Positions 1-10,431 of a stretch of 64,000 bases of DNA are shown in pieces. Source of the stretch: an uncultured cyanobacterium. Lineage in GTDB: Bacteria; Cyanobacteriota; Cyanobacteriia; Cyanobacteriales; Nostocaceae. A model generated the notes under the pieces. The model saw only the letters and a program-made list of their open reading frames with translations, was not told the DNA's origin and did not search any database. The stretch spans positions 544,001 through 608,000 of the forward strand of contig CAVUDP010000001.1 of assembly GCA_963740315.1 (NCBI GenBank). The letters run 5' to 3'. The position numbers were made by a program, and so were the translations under genes. Within the stretch, counting starts at the first letter, position 1. Every line of letters begins with the position of its first letter.

Positions 1-444
1 TGTAAAGTATAAAAACCTATATTGACGACTTTAGGGGATTGAAAGAGTTTCCATCCCCGTTAGAGGCAAGTGGTTTGTAAAGTAATGCAATGAAAGGCGA
101 CGTTAGGGAAGGAATGAAGGTTTCTATCCCCGTTAGGGGCAAGTGGTTTGTAAAGTTCTCCAATCAAATTTACTATGGATAGATTGTTGAAAGTTTCCAT
201 CCCCGTTAGGGGCAAGTGGTTTGTAAAGTCTTGCAAAAAAGGGGAATTTTGTCCACCAGATAATGTTTCCATCCCCGTTAGGGGCAAGTGGTTTGTAAAG
301 GAAGAGAGTTGAAACAGATCAATCTTTTTCTAAGAAGTTTCCATCCCCGTTAGGGGCAAGTGGTTTGTAAAGAACAGCTTGTCCAAAGCCAAAGAAAGGC
401 TACCTTTTGTTTCCATCCCCGTTAGGGGCAAGTGGTTTGTAAAG
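1..444 (-). CRISPR. CRISPR array (continues beyond the left edge); 36-nt repeat CTTTACAAACCACTTGCCCCTAACGGGGATGGAAAC on the minus strand, type III-like
   Basis: Full repeats at 47-82, 120-155, 193-228, 265-300, 337-372 and 409-444, plus a partial copy at 1-7. Six unique spacers of 36-39 nt. Internal CCCC/GGGG hairpin and ATGGAAAC 3' end. Single-base repeat variants occur only in the two leader-distal full copies. Confidence 0.97.
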
Positions 445-640
445 AGTTCACTTCTAGAACCCTTACACAGAGAAGCTTTGAGATACCCCAATCGACGCAT
501 CTCGAAAAAATGCAAAAATATTTCGAGAAAACAACCATTTTCGTCGTCTGAAAACCTTACTGGGTAAGGCATCGACGCATCTCAACGAAGTTATAGGGTT
601 TTCAAGGTTCTGGCGAGATGCGTCGATTTAAAGTTTAACG
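445..640 (-). promoter_or_regulatory. CRISPR leader
   Basis: Abuts the last canonical repeat. Contains ATCGACGCATCTC twice (491-503, 571-583) and its inverse (615-627). Confidence 0.75.
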
Positions 641-799
641 CTATCTTCGTAGTCAGATTATATTGATTGATGGCGATTATCAAGTTAATTATAAAAAAAT
701 TTACATGGCATCGAGTTTATTTTGTATTTATAACTTAAAGCTATGTTATGTAGCGCGATCGCCATTCATCTACTTATCTATCAAAAACCTCACCGATAA

Positions 800-951
800 T
801 AAGTACTTAGACAAAATTAATTGTATATTTGTCATTGCGAGTGGAACGGAGTGAAACGACGCATTCACCCGTAGGGTGCGGTTCATCGCAACACTTTGAG
901 ATTGCTTCGCTGTCGCTCGCAATGACATAAATATTTTTGTCTACTTACTTA
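800..951. mobile_element. Miniature inverted-repeat element (TAAGTA...TACTTA ends, internal GTCATTGCGAG/CTCGCAATGAC hairpin)
   Basis: 17-nt imperfect terminal inverted repeats; related copies at 9075-9274 and 50268-50442. Confidence 0.7.
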
Positions 952-1099
952 AGATAAATTTAAAATCGGATTGAGCAATTTCAAAATGAAAGCATCCGTT
1001 GCGAAACCCAATGCATCCGTTGTTAAAAATCCTTTCACCAATAATTGCGATCGCATCGGCTTTACTTGTCGGTGCAAGCGCTTTTTCAAGAGTCGCTAT

Positions 1100-1480
1100 T
1101 TGACTACTTTGGTTTTTTCTTCATACCAGCCCTGGTTTAACATTGCCTGCTGTGGGAGAATATCCCCAGGCTGCCGATACTGCCGGATTTTCTGGATCGA
1201 AGGTACGTTATTTTGCTGTAATCACGAGTGGTTGTCTTGCTATGGGAGGAGCTTATTTGAGTTTAGTACAGGTGAGTGCTGGAAAAAAAATTATTGCGAT
1301 CGCGGCTTTAATTTTTGGTAAATGGCATCCTCTAGGTAGTGTTGCAAGTTTATTATTTGGTGCAACGGAAGCTTTGGGAGTGAATATACCCGATCGATTT
1401 TTAATTATGCTCCCCTATGCAATTGCATTATTAGCCCTAATTGGTTTAGTAAGAAAATCCTCATCGCCCCAACAGCGAAC
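1100..1480 (+). pseudogene. C-terminal remnant of a nucleoside/simple-sugar ABC transporter permease
   Basis: AVGEYPQAADTAG..RY.AV.SG and ALIFGKWHPLG motifs are present. N-terminal half is missing, there is an upstream in-frame stop and apparent internal deletions. Confidence 0.7.
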
Positions 1481-1610
1481 AGTTATATTTATAAATTTTG
1501 AAAGTCTTTTCATAGAGCAACATGATAGTTCATACCAATATAACCGGATTCTTAACTATTAAAATTACTTATTTTCCCTGTCTACTGTTCACTGCTCACT
1601 GCTCACTGAT

Positions 1611-2483
1611 ATGACTTGGTTTTTCTTCGCAATTTCTACAGCTTTTCTGGAATCAGTCAGGGATATTTTTAATAAAAAGACAGTTTCCCAAGTTGATGAA
1701 TACGTTATTACTTTTTCTTTAAATTTATTAACCGCACTATTTGGATTTCCGCTATTATTTTTTAACGATATTCCCAGTTTGGGAAATAACTTTTGGTACG
1801 CTGTAATTGCGATCGGTATTTTAAACACCATTGCATTTTTACTTTTTTTCAAAGCCATCAAAGCATCAGATTTATCAATAGTTGCTCCCATAACTACATT
1901 AAGTCCGATATTACTTTTAATTACATCTCCATTTCTTGTCGGTGAATTTCCCAACGCGATCGGTATTTTAGGAATATTTATAATTGTAATTGGCGCTTAT
2001 GTATTGAAATTCCAAGATAAAACCAGCGGATATTTAGCTCCTTTTAAATCGTTATTTAAAGAAACCGGGTCAAGATTAATGTTTGGGGTAGTATTAGTAT
2101 GGAGTATTACCGCCAATGTTGATAAAATCGGCGTACAAAATTCCTCTGCAATTATGTGGACGATCGCCGGACATTTGAGCGTCGCTGTATTTACTTTGCC
2201 AATATTATTATTAAAATCAAAACCAAATATTCAAAAGATTAAATCTAATTCGCGAAACTTAATTTTAATCGGTTTAATAAATACGTTATCAATCTTAAGT
2301 CAAATGACTGCCTTAAAACTCGCTCTCGTATCTTATGTAATTGCAGTTAAACGTACCAGCGCCTTATTTAACGTTTTATGGGGTTGGTTGATTTTTAAGG
2401 AACAAGGTATCAAAGAAAGAATTACCGGATCGATAATTATGATTTTGGGAGTTGTAGTTATAACCTTATCGAAGATGGTTTAG
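1611..2483 (+). CDS. EamA/DMT family transporter
   Basis: 290 aa, about 10 hydrophobic segments in two repeated halves; KAIKASDLSIVAPI and YVIAVKRTS motifs. Confidence 0.88.
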   Translation: MTWFFFAISTAFLESVRDIFNKKTVSQVDEYVITFSLNLLTALFGFPLLFFNDIPSLGNNFWYAVIAIGILNTIAFLLFFKAIKASDLSIVAPITTLSPILLLITSPFLVGEFPNAIGILGIFIIVIGAYVLKFQDKTSGYLAPFKSLFKETGSRLMFGVVLVWSITANVDKIGVQNSSAIMWTIAGHLSVAVFTLPILLLKSKPNIQKIKSNSRNLILIGLINTLSILSQMTALKLALVSYVIAVKRTSALFNVLWGWLIFKEQGIKERITGSIIMILGVVVITLSKMV

Positions 2484-2800
2484 TCTTCTCGTTTCTCGTT
2501 ACAAGGAACCCATCCTTGTAATGCATATCAGGAGGCTCTGCCTCCGTTACAATATGAAGGCAGGGTTCCTTTAAATATAAGTTCCCAGTCAGAGACTAGT
2601 ATTCCACCACATTGATTTTGATGGGTAAGAAATTCGTAGTGCGTTCGCGTAGATGTATCATCAGATGTGGAAGTGATAAAGCACTACGCAAACCCCGCAA
2701 AACCTATGTTGCTCCGTACTAGAAACCAGTTACTAATAATTGTTTATTGATAATTGCTCACTGCTCACTGCTCACTGCTCACTGTTAACTGTACTCCCTC

Positions 2801-3541
2801 ATGCTGGAAACCCTGGAAACTCAACTTTATCACTTAGAACAATTTGCTAACACGCTTGTTTCTAACCAATTAACTCACCTCAGTTTATTCAGCATCGGCA
2901 TCATTTTTCTGGCTGGGTTGCTTACCAGTCTTACTCCCTGTATGCTTTCGATGCTGCCTATTACTATTGGTTATATCGGCGGTTATGAAGCCAAAAGCCG
3001 GGTACAAGCAGCCGCACAATCGACTTGGTTTGCTTTGGGATTGGCTACAACTTTGGCAGGGCTTGGTATTATAGCAGCAACGGTAGGAAGAGTTTACGGT
3101 CAAATTGGTATTGGTTTACCGATTATTGTCAGCATCATTGCAATTTTGATGGGATTAAATCTACTCGAAGCTTTACCTTTACAGCTTCCTGATTGGGGTG
3201 GTACAGAGTGGATATCTCAAGAATTACCCCAGAGCGTGAGAGCATATTGTATTGGTTTAAGTTTCGGTTTGGTGGCTTCTCCTTGCAGTACCCCGGTTTT
3301 AGCAAGTTTATTAGGATGGGTTGCCACTACCAAAGATTTAGTATTAGGTGCGGCTTTACTGCTTTCCTACACCGCAGGTTATGTGACACCGTTGATTTTA
3401 GCGGGTACTTTTACTGCTTCAATTAAAAAGATAATCGAAATACGTCGCTTTTCTGGCTGGGTGAATCCCGTCAGCGGTGCGTTATTAGTTGGCTTTGGCG
3501 TATTTTCATTGATTTCTCGCATTCCCTTGGGAAGCTTATAA
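2801..3541 (+). CDS. ccdA: Cytochrome c biogenesis protein CcdA
   Basis: LTPCMLSMLP and ASPCSTP Cys motifs in a polytopic membrane protein, adjacent to ccsB. Confidence 0.93.
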   Translation: MLETLETQLYHLEQFANTLVSNQLTHLSLFSIGIIFLAGLLTSLTPCMLSMLPITIGYIGGYEAKSRVQAAAQSTWFALGLATTLAGLGIIAATVGRVYGQIGIGLPIIVSIIAILMGLNLLEALPLQLPDWGGTEWISQELPQSVRAYCIGLSFGLVASPCSTPVLASLLGWVATTKDLVLGAALLLSYTAGYVTPLILAGTFTASIKKIIEIRRFSGWVNPVSGALLVGFGVFSLISRIPLGSL

Positions 3542-3544
3542 AAA

Positions 3545-4948
3545 ATGACTTTAGAAGAATCTTCAAAATCCCCGTTAACAGCAATTACAAACTTTATCCG
3601 CAAAGAGTTTTTACCAGTACTTACAGATTTACGGTTAGCGATAATTTTACTGTTAGCGATCGCCTTTTTTAGTATCGGTGGTACGGTGATCGAGCAAGGA
3701 CAATCGATCGCCTTTTATCAAGAGAATTATCCCGAAAAACCGGCTTTATTCGGCTTTTTGACCTGGAAAGTAGTGATAATTCTGGGTTTAGACCACATTT
3801 ATCGTACTTGGTGGTTTCTAGCTTTACTTATCTTCTTTGGTTTAAGCTTAACTGCCTGCACCTTTACCCGGCAACTTCCAGCCCTCAAAGCTGCACGTCG
3901 TTGGAAGTTTTTCGACAAACCCCAACGATTTCAAAAGTTAGCGTTAAGTGCGGAATTCGATGTTGACGAAAACAATTTTACATCTATCCAAAATCTTACC
4001 GAAATTCTGCAACAGCGCCGCTACAAAGTTTTTCAAGAAGATGCAGATAAACTTTATGCTCGTAAGGGAATTATTGGTAAAATTGGTCCGATTGTAGTTC
4101 ACATCGGTATCGTAGTTATTTTACTTGGCTCAATTTTGGGCGCAATGACGGGGTTTATGGCTCAGGAAATGGTTCCCAGTGGCGAAACTTTCCAAATTAA
4201 AAATATCATAGATGCCGGACTTTGGGCATCACCGCAAGTTACCAACGATTGGGCTGTGAAGGTAAATCGCTTCTGGATTGACTACAGCTCCAGCGGCGGA
4301 ATCGACCAATTTTACTCGGATATGTCGGTATTAGATAAAGAAGGCAAAGAAATAGACAAAGACACAATTTACGTTAACCATCCCTTGCGACACAAAGGAG
4401 TTACCCTTTATCAAACAGATTGGGGAATTGCAGCAGTAAAAGTTCGAGTTAACAAAAGTCCGATTTTTCGACTTCCGATGGCGCAGCTTGACACCGGAGG
4501 AAAAGCACGGATTTGGGGAACTTGGATTCCTACCAAACCAGATTTAAGTGAAGGAGTTTCCTTACTAGCTACAGATTTACAAGGAACCGTAATCATTTAC
4601 GATGCTCAAGGTAAGTTAATAAATACCGTCCGCGAAGGAATGTCGGCGGAGGTAAACGGCGTTACCTTGAAAGTGTTGCAAGTAGTTGGTTCTACGGGGT
4701 TGCAAATTAAAGCAGACCCAGGTATACCAGTAGTTTACGCCGGATTTGCCTTATTAATGTTGGGAGTAGTAATGAGTTACTTTTCTCACTCGCAGGTATG
4801 GGTATTGCAGAAAGAAGGTAATTTGTACGTTGGTGGTAAAACCAATCGTGCCCAAGTGGCTTTTGAAGGGGAAATGGTAGAGATATTTGAGCAAGTAAAT
4901 TCTCAATCAAAGGGTGAAGCTACTAAGTCTTTGGTTTCTAGTTTATAA
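3545..4948 (+). CDS. ccsB: Cytochrome c biogenesis protein CcsB/Ccs1 (ResB family)
   Basis: [32 protein letters not shown] and KADPG motifs. Confidence 0.93.
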   Translation: MTLEESSKSPLTAITNFIRKEFLPVLTDLRLAIILLLAIAFFSIGGTVIEQGQSIAFYQENYPEKPALFGFLTWKVVIILGLDHIYRTWWFLALLIFFGLSLTACTFTRQLPALKAARRWKFFDKPQRFQKLALSAEFDVDENNFTSIQNLTEILQQRRYKVFQEDADKLYARKGIIGKIGPIVVHIGIVVILLGSILGAMTGFMAQEMVPSGETFQIKNIIDAGLWASPQVTNDWAVKVNRFWIDYSSSGGIDQFYSDMSVLDKEGKEIDKDTIYVNHPLRHKGVTLYQTDWGIAAVKVRVNKSPIFRLPMAQLDTGGKARIWGTWIPTKPDLSEGVSLLATDLQGTVIIYDAQGKLINTVREGMSAEVNGVTLKVLQVVGSTGLQIKADPGIPVVYAGFALLMLGVVMSYFSHSQVWVLQKEGNLYVGGKTNRAQVAFEGEMVEIFEQVNSQSKGEATKSLVSSL

Positions 4949-5003
4949 GTTGGGGATTAGGGGATTGGGGATTAGGTAAACTATTTTTAAGGAACTATAG
5001 CTT

Positions 5004-5573
5004 ATGGCATTATCTATTCAGCCTTCAGTATTCACCCTAGAAGAGTTTTTAGAATTACCAGAAACAAAACCAGCAAGTGAATATATTGATGGGAAAATCT
5101 ACCAAAAACCTATGCCACAGGGAAAACATAGCACTTTACAAATTGAGTTAGCTTCTGCTATTAACCAAGTAGGAAAAGCGAAAAAATTAGCTTATGCGTT
5201 TACTGAGTTACGCTGTACTTTTGCAGGTAAATCCATTGTTCCAGATATAGCTGTGTTTGAATGGCAAAGAATTCCTTTAGATGAAAATGGTCAGATTGCT
5301 AATCAATTTGAAATAGCTCCCGTAGTGGTAATTGAAATTCTCTCCCCAAAACAATCTGCGAGCAAGGTGATTCGTAAAATTACATTTTGCATAAAAAATG
5401 GGACTAAATTAGGCTATTTTGTTGATGCTGAGGATGAATCAATTACAGTTTTTCAACCAAATCAATTACCGGAAGTTAAAGAAAAACAAGATATTCTACC
5501 CGTGTTAAATGTTTTGGAAAATTGGCAACTGACTGTTGAAGATGTATTTAACTGGTTGAGCTTTTCTAAATAA
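5004..5573 (+). CDS. Uma2/DUF820 family PD-(D/E)XK endonuclease-like protein
   Basis: LPETKPASEYIDG, PMPQGKHS, VPDIAVF and IEILSP motifs. Confidence 0.9.
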   Translation: MALSIQPSVFTLEEFLELPETKPASEYIDGKIYQKPMPQGKHSTLQIELASAINQVGKAKKLAYAFTELRCTFAGKSIVPDIAVFEWQRIPLDENGQIANQFEIAPVVVIEILSPKQSASKVIRKITFCIKNGTKLGYFVDAEDESITVFQPNQLPEVKEKQDILPVLNVLENWQLTVEDVFNWLSFSK

Positions 5574-5587
5574 AAGTTCGGCAATTA

Positions 5588-6095
5588 TTAGCAGAAGTTT
5601 TCAGCAATCGATTTGGTGGGTAAATAAAGTTTTAAGGGATACTGCTTGAACTGCCGAAAACCATATCTCTGGTAAAAGCTAACGGCATTTTCATCTATTG
5701 CTTCTACTACTACGGCTAAAGATGCAATCTGTGTGGTAGCTTCTAATACTCTTTGTAAAGCGTCAACCAAAATTAATTCGCCTATACCTTTACCCTGATA
5801 TGCTTTAGTAACGGCAAGACGACCTAGTAAAGTTGCAGGTAGTAGTGGATAGCGAGGTACAGTTTTGGCAAAGTCTTCATTTAAACTAGTGACATCTACT
5901 GTATACGAGGAAAGTGTATAGTAAGCAATAACATCAACATTTAGAGAATCAATTAGCACAAAAACAGTTTTATTCTTTTTTTTTGACTTCTTGAGATGCC
6001 TGTTTTTGTATATAATTATTCAAGCTTTCGTTTCCGCAAACAAATGTTGAACGATTATGCTTTTTTTTATCGAGCAACTCAATCGTTAATGGCAT
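5588..6095 (-). pseudogene. GNAT-family toxin (TacT/AtaT type), frameshifted in an A9 run
   Basis: ATG at 6095 reads MPLTIELLDKKKHNRSTFVCGNESLNNYIQKQASQEVKKKE* and stops just after the 9-nt run at 5976-5984. The rest (YYTLS...LLGRLAV...YQGKGIGE..FYQRYGF) is in another frame. Confidence 0.85.
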
Positions 6096-6381
6096 TATTC
6101 TTTATTACTTGCTGATAACGTAAAGTTGCTTCTTTCAAAGCATCCGATGGCTGGGGTGGGTTTAAAATTGCTTCAATAAAAGCTTCTGCATCTTGTGTAC
6201 TTAACTTTAATGTTTGTTGCTGTTCAATAACTTTGCAAGCAGCAGCTTGAGCGCTAGCAATAACAAAATCGGTTAAAGTTACTCCCTGTAAATCTGCGGC
6301 TTTTTGCCATAGAGCTTTTATTTCTGGATTAACGCGAGCTTCTAAGCGAGCCATCGATTTTGGAACGTTAGTGCTACTCAT
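6079..6381 (-). CDS. DUF1778 family RHH antitoxin
   Basis: ARLEARV...KAADLQGVTLTDFVI...LNPPQPSDALK pattern; overlaps the GNAT start. Confidence 0.9.
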   Translation of the reverse strand: MSSTNVPKSMARLEARVNPEIKALWQKAADLQGVTLTDFVIASAQAAACKVIEQQQTLKLSTQDAEAFIEAILNPPQPSDALKEATLRYQQVIKNNAIND

Positions 6382-6410
6382 AGAATATCTAGACAGGAGT
6401 TGACTTTATT

Positions 6411-6434
6411 ATTATATACGGCAAAATGCCGTAT
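6411..6434 (-). promoter_or_regulatory. Toxin-antitoxin operator palindrome and -10 box
   Basis: ATACGGCA-N3-TGCCGTAT (6416-6434) next to TATAAT on the minus strand (6411-6416), about 35 bp upstream of the antitoxin start. Confidence 0.65.
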
Positions 6435-6775
6435 TAGTTATATATTGTTTGTTTTTTAGTACTAATAGGTAATATATTCGTAGTGCGAGCGTCTCGCGAG
6501 CTGGTCTTAATCGCGAGACGCTTGCACTACCCAAACCCCTCATAACTTATGTGGTGAAGTACTAGGGAAGGAGATGCGAACACTATTAACTACGGTAAAA
6601 TCTCTGTTAATACTGTGCCAGTGAATCTATACAACCTTAAATAAAAGAAATAAAAGAAATAAAAGAAGACGTTGCAGTGTGCACGCCGTCTCTACATTAG
6701 TTAAAAGCATTCTTTTAAGTTAAAATTTACATCCAAAATCCAAAATCAAATAACTCAATACCTTTAACCTTTAAC

Positions 6776-7162
6776 CTACTTTTGATGAGTAACTTCAACT
6801 ACGGTATGTACGTTACCGCGTGGTGTAAAGTCAGCTTTTACGGTAATTTCTAAAGGATCGCAGGCTGCAACGATATCATCTAAAATTTGATTGGCTGATT
6901 CTTCGTGGGAAATATATCTATCCCTATAGCTATTAATGTAAAGCTTGATTGCCTTTAACTCGACAACTTTTTCGTCGGGGACGTAAGTTACATAAATTGT
7001 GGCAAAATCGGGATAGCCAGAAAACGGACATTTACAGGTAAATTCTGGCAACGTAATACTAATATTGTATCTTCTTCCCACACGCGGATTCGGAAATGTA
7101 ATTAAATTTCCTTCGTCAATCTCGCGCTCGCCATACTTAACTTCTGTATTTATCTGAGCCAT
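6776..7162 (-). CDS. queF: 7-cyano-7-deazaguanine (preQ0) reductase, short type
   Basis: PEFTCKCPFSGYPDFA, VELKAIKLY, ISHEE and PRGN motifs. Confidence 0.95.
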   Translation of the reverse strand: MAQINTEVKYGEREIDEGNLITFPNPRVGRRYNISITLPEFTCKCPFSGYPDFATIYVTYVPDEKVVELKAIKLYINSYRDRYISHEESANQILDDIVAACDPLEITVKADFTPRGNVHTVVEVTHQK

Positions 7163-7292
7163 TTATAATCAACAATAATTAATCACTAAATTGGGCATGG
7201 GCAATAGGGCATTGGGTGTTGATTCACAAAGTTTCACCCTTAACCTTATATACCTTGTTTTTTAATTTTTAACTCCTAACTCCGCGAGCTAA

Positions 7293-7691
7293 CTATTCCT
7301 CTTCCCAATCGGGACAATTTTCATCTTCATATCCTGAAGGATGCATACCGCAAACTAGTAAGTTACCACTGTAAACTTGTCCGTGGTAGTTACGACAACC
7401 CATACAGGCGGGGTTCTTTTCTGCTGTCGGTTCTACGGGATAAGGAAAATGACCATTCATATCATCTCCTAAAACATCCTCAAAATCCCAATAAACTTCT
7501 AAAAACGGTTCGGCTAAATCTTGTAAATATTGATCTACTTCAGAAAGTAACGAACTTTGAACTTGTTCGCTAAGCTCTTCAGTCATTTCAATAAAACTAT
7601 CCACTACCTCTGTCATACCCACGAAGAAGCGTTCCACTTCATCAGATACGGATTTAACAACGTCCGAAAAATCTTTTTGCCACTCATCCAT
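7293..7691 (-). CDS. Conserved cyanobacterial hypothetical protein with a C-terminal Cys/His motif
   Basis: Acidic helical N-terminus followed by PACMGCRNYHG..LVCGMHP..CPDWE. Confidence 0.75.
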   Translation of the reverse strand: MDEWQKDFSDVVKSVSDEVERFFVGMTEVVDSFIEMTEELSEQVQSSLLSEVDQYLQDLAEPFLEVYWDFEDVLGDDMNGHFPYPVEPTAEKNPACMGCRNYHGQVYSGNLLVCGMHPSGYEDENCPDWEEE

Positions 7692-7926
7692 AAAAAATAG
7701 TCCTCACTTACAACAATAATAGGACATTTATTTCAACGCTTCGATCGCGTCTTCCGGAGGGTGGCAATTAACGATCGCAACATTTTAGCGCTACACCAAG
7801 CATTTTGGTCAATACTTGATATTAAAAGTACACCCCACCAATGGATATTTTATAACAATCATTTTGGAATGGCTGTTATAAATTTAAATCGTTGCTCCCG
7901 GCGCGGACGTACTTTGAGTTAATTAA

Positions 7927-8307
7927 TTATTTATCGCGCTGCAACCGACGCAATTCGTCTTGCATCCGCTTAACTTGATCGCGTAATCGATCGACATCTT
8001 CAGGGGGGGAATCTTTGGCAGTTGGTTCCTCATCATCGCTTAAAATTTCTATGCGACGGGGTTCGGTGCGAGATGTGGTTTCACCGCTTGCGTCACTGGC
8101 TCCGGATTGGGCTTGCTTCATCATGTCTTCCACAAAGCGACGGGCTTCTTCGGCGTTCATTTCGCCCTTCGCAACCATTTCATCTGCCAGTTTTTGGGCT
8201 TGCGATCGCAATTCTGCTAAAGTTCCACCAGCTTTCTCGCCAGCGTAAGCAGCTAGCCCAACACCAAGATAAAAAGCTCTTTTAGCGATATCTCCAAAAC
8301 CAGGCAT
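7927..8307 (-). CDS. Phasin-like conserved protein
   Basis: FYLGVGLA..LADEMVAKGEMNAEEARRFVEDMM and a C-terminal coiled coil. Confidence 0.75.
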   Translation of the reverse strand: MPGFGDIAKRAFYLGVGLAAYAGEKAGGTLAELRSQAQKLADEMVAKGEMNAEEARRFVEDMMKQAQSGASDASGETTSRTEPRRIEILSDDEEPTAKDSPPEDVDRLRDQVKRMQDELRRLQRDK

Positions 8308-8333
8308 TATATGAAAATTCTCTCTAAAAATAG

Positions 8334-8430
8334 GGCGACCCGGAGTCTACGCCTACTGTAAGCATCCCGTATTGCTGCTACCTTCCGGTCCTGACAAGAT
8401 TTGGGCGTTGCAGTTGCATAGGTCCAGGTC
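8334..8430 (-). ncRNA. ffs: Signal recognition particle RNA (small SRP)
   Basis: Minus strand carries TCAGGACCGGAAGGTAGCAGC (helix-8 motif) inside a long hairpin closed by GACCTGGA/TCCGGGTC. Confidence 0.95.
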
Positions 8431-8488
8431 TAGAAACAATATAGCATTAAACTGTTTAAATGTGTAACGGATAGTTGGGGATTTTTAG

Positions 8489-8755
8489 CTATTCAACTAG
8501 AAGCCGCCATTCATATAACTTATAGGTAACGCAATCATTTTTAATTAAAGGATCGCCCGCTACAATCGCTTCTGCTTCATCCATCGAAGCGGCTTCAAAA
8601 AGCAACATTCCGCCACCATATTGCGCCCAATAACCCGTTTTTGCTTGATGTCCTTTCTGCTTCAACTCTTCCACATAAGCTTTATGCGCGGGGACATATC
8701 GATCGAAAATCGATTTATCAACTTTACCTTCTTCTATTTTCACAAACCACGGCAT
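8489..8755 (-). CDS. YciI family protein
   Basis: 88 aa; VPAHKAY, GGGMLLFEA and GDPL motifs. Confidence 0.88.
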   Translation of the reverse strand: MPWFVKIEEGKVDKSIFDRYVPAHKAYVEELKQKGHQAKTGYWAQYGGGMLLFEAASMDEAEAIVAGDPLIKNDCVTYKLYEWRLLVE

Positions 8756-8993
8756 TTTCTTCTAATTCCTCCTTTGACGGGATTCATCTTAGTTTAATAT
8801 CTGCTGGAGTTGGCGTTAGTTTTTCCTTGTTGAAAGTAATATCAAGTTTGGTATGTGGCGATCGCGATCGAATTAGAGTAATGCAATTTTTACAAGAGCG
8901 ATCGATATAATCCCGGCTTTTTCTCGATGAAAATACGGTTTTATGATTTTTTTAGTGATATTAAATACTATTTTTGGTTAAGTGGAAAAAATC

Positions 8994-9446
8994 TACGGTT
9001 GGGTTAAACACCAAAAAAATTGATTGTAACGAAAATTTAAATCTGGTGTCGTAACCCAACATCATCGCTGTGGATAAGTACTTAGGCAAAATTAATTGTG
9101 CATTTGTCCGAAGCGAGTGGAACGTTCACGCGGAGCGTGCGGCGAGGGCGAAACGAAGCATTCACCCGTAGGGTGCGGTTCATCGCAAAACCTGAGAAAG
9201 ATCCGCTGTCGCATGTCCTATCGGACACGCTGCGCTAACGCTTCGGACACAAATAATGAAGGCACACCCACTTATAAGTTCGTAGGTTGGGTTAGACACC
9301 AAAAAAATTGATTGTAACGAAAATTTAAATCTGGTGTCGTAACTCAACATCAATATTGGGGATAAATAAAAATATCACTCAGTTACGACGCTATATAAAT
9401 TCGGCAATTAAAACCCTATATCATAGATGCGTTTAACCCAACCTAC
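8994..9446. mobile_element. Composite of REP-like GTAGGTTGGGTT..AACCCAACCTAC elements and a TAAGTA-type element
   Basis: Left-half copy at 8994-9074, TAAGTA element at 9075-9274, full copy at 9282-9446. Confidence 0.75.
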
Positions 9447-9863
9447 AACTATTCCCTAATTAATACAAGTAATCGCTTCCCTGGATGAATTAATATCGGG
9501 AGAAACTCTTAAAAAATGGATAAATCCGGTATTTGGACAAGGCATTTTTAGGCTCTGAATAATTTTATTGATTCGGCTAAGTTGCAAATCGCAACTTAAC
9601 CGTAATCGAGCCAAAGAATCTATTGTGTCATCCCGAAAATTTTGGCTCTTCATTACATAGTATGCTAAATCATGGGTAATGAATAGCTGTAACATATACT
9701 GAACAAGGGCTTTGATTCTTGTTTACTTCATTTGTTACTAATATCTTCCTTTTTTCCCTTCTGCCTACTGCCTACTGCCTTCTGCCTTTTTACGACTATT
9801 TAATTAGCATAACAAGTGCTGAAGAACCATTAAAACCTATATCAAAGATGCGTCTAACCCAAC

Positions 9864-10292
9864 CTACAATTGTTCACTGTTCGCTGCTTTCCCCAACTTC
9901 ACCGTTAACCATTCATCTTTATCTCGTAGTAAAAATAAAGCAATCAATCCACCTAAAGCGGGAACCGCAGCCCAAAATAATGTATTTGGACTTTCATAGG
10001 GATTGAATAGCTTTTGGTATGTAGAGAGTACCGATACAATATGCATTCCTAAAATTGCTCCATAAGTCCAGGTTTTAAATAAACCCACCATGAATGCAAT
10101 AATGATTAAAGTTTGGATAGCGCCAACGACGTAAGAAAATATAGGAGATACTTCCATAAAATAAAAGCTGGAAAATATCTTTTGCGTTGATTCTGGCTGA
10201 ATTATTTTCCGCAACGACCAAACAAGGAAGAATATTGCTGTGGAAATGCGGATTATTGCTAAACTAATTTGTAACTTTCTTTCGTCTGTCAT
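9864..10292 (-). CDS. DoxX family membrane protein
   Basis: 142 aa with 4 hydrophobic segments; IRIS.AIFFLVWSLRKI motif. Confidence 0.75.
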   Translation of the reverse strand: MTDERKLQISLAIIRISTAIFFLVWSLRKIIQPESTQKIFSSFYFMEVSPIFSYVVGAIQTLIIIAFMVGLFKTWTYGAILGMHIVSVLSTYQKLFNPYESPNTLFWAAVPALGGLIALFLLRDKDEWLTVKLGKAANSEQL

Positions 10293-10431
10293 GATTTTTT
10301 ACCTATTACCTATTACCTATTACTTCCGTAATGGTGGCATTCTCCCGCCATTTTGGTAGAGAGCAGTATTGCAAACAAATATGACATAGAAATGACTTGA
10401 ATTGAGCATTGAGCATGGTAAATAGTTATTC

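Noticed and set aside
8..46. First spacer ends in GGGGATTGAAAG, resembling another CRISPR repeat end
   Set aside because: No hairpin partner and single occurrence; it also reads as ordinary coding sequence.
60..572. ORFs 60-287, 330-572 and 379-567
   Set aside because: Translations of CRISPR repeats and leader.
9096..10006. ORFs 9096-9311, 9456-9695 (has ABC-like LFITHDL) and 9719-10006
   Set aside because: They overlap or sit among dispersed repeats; one short motif is too little to call a gene.
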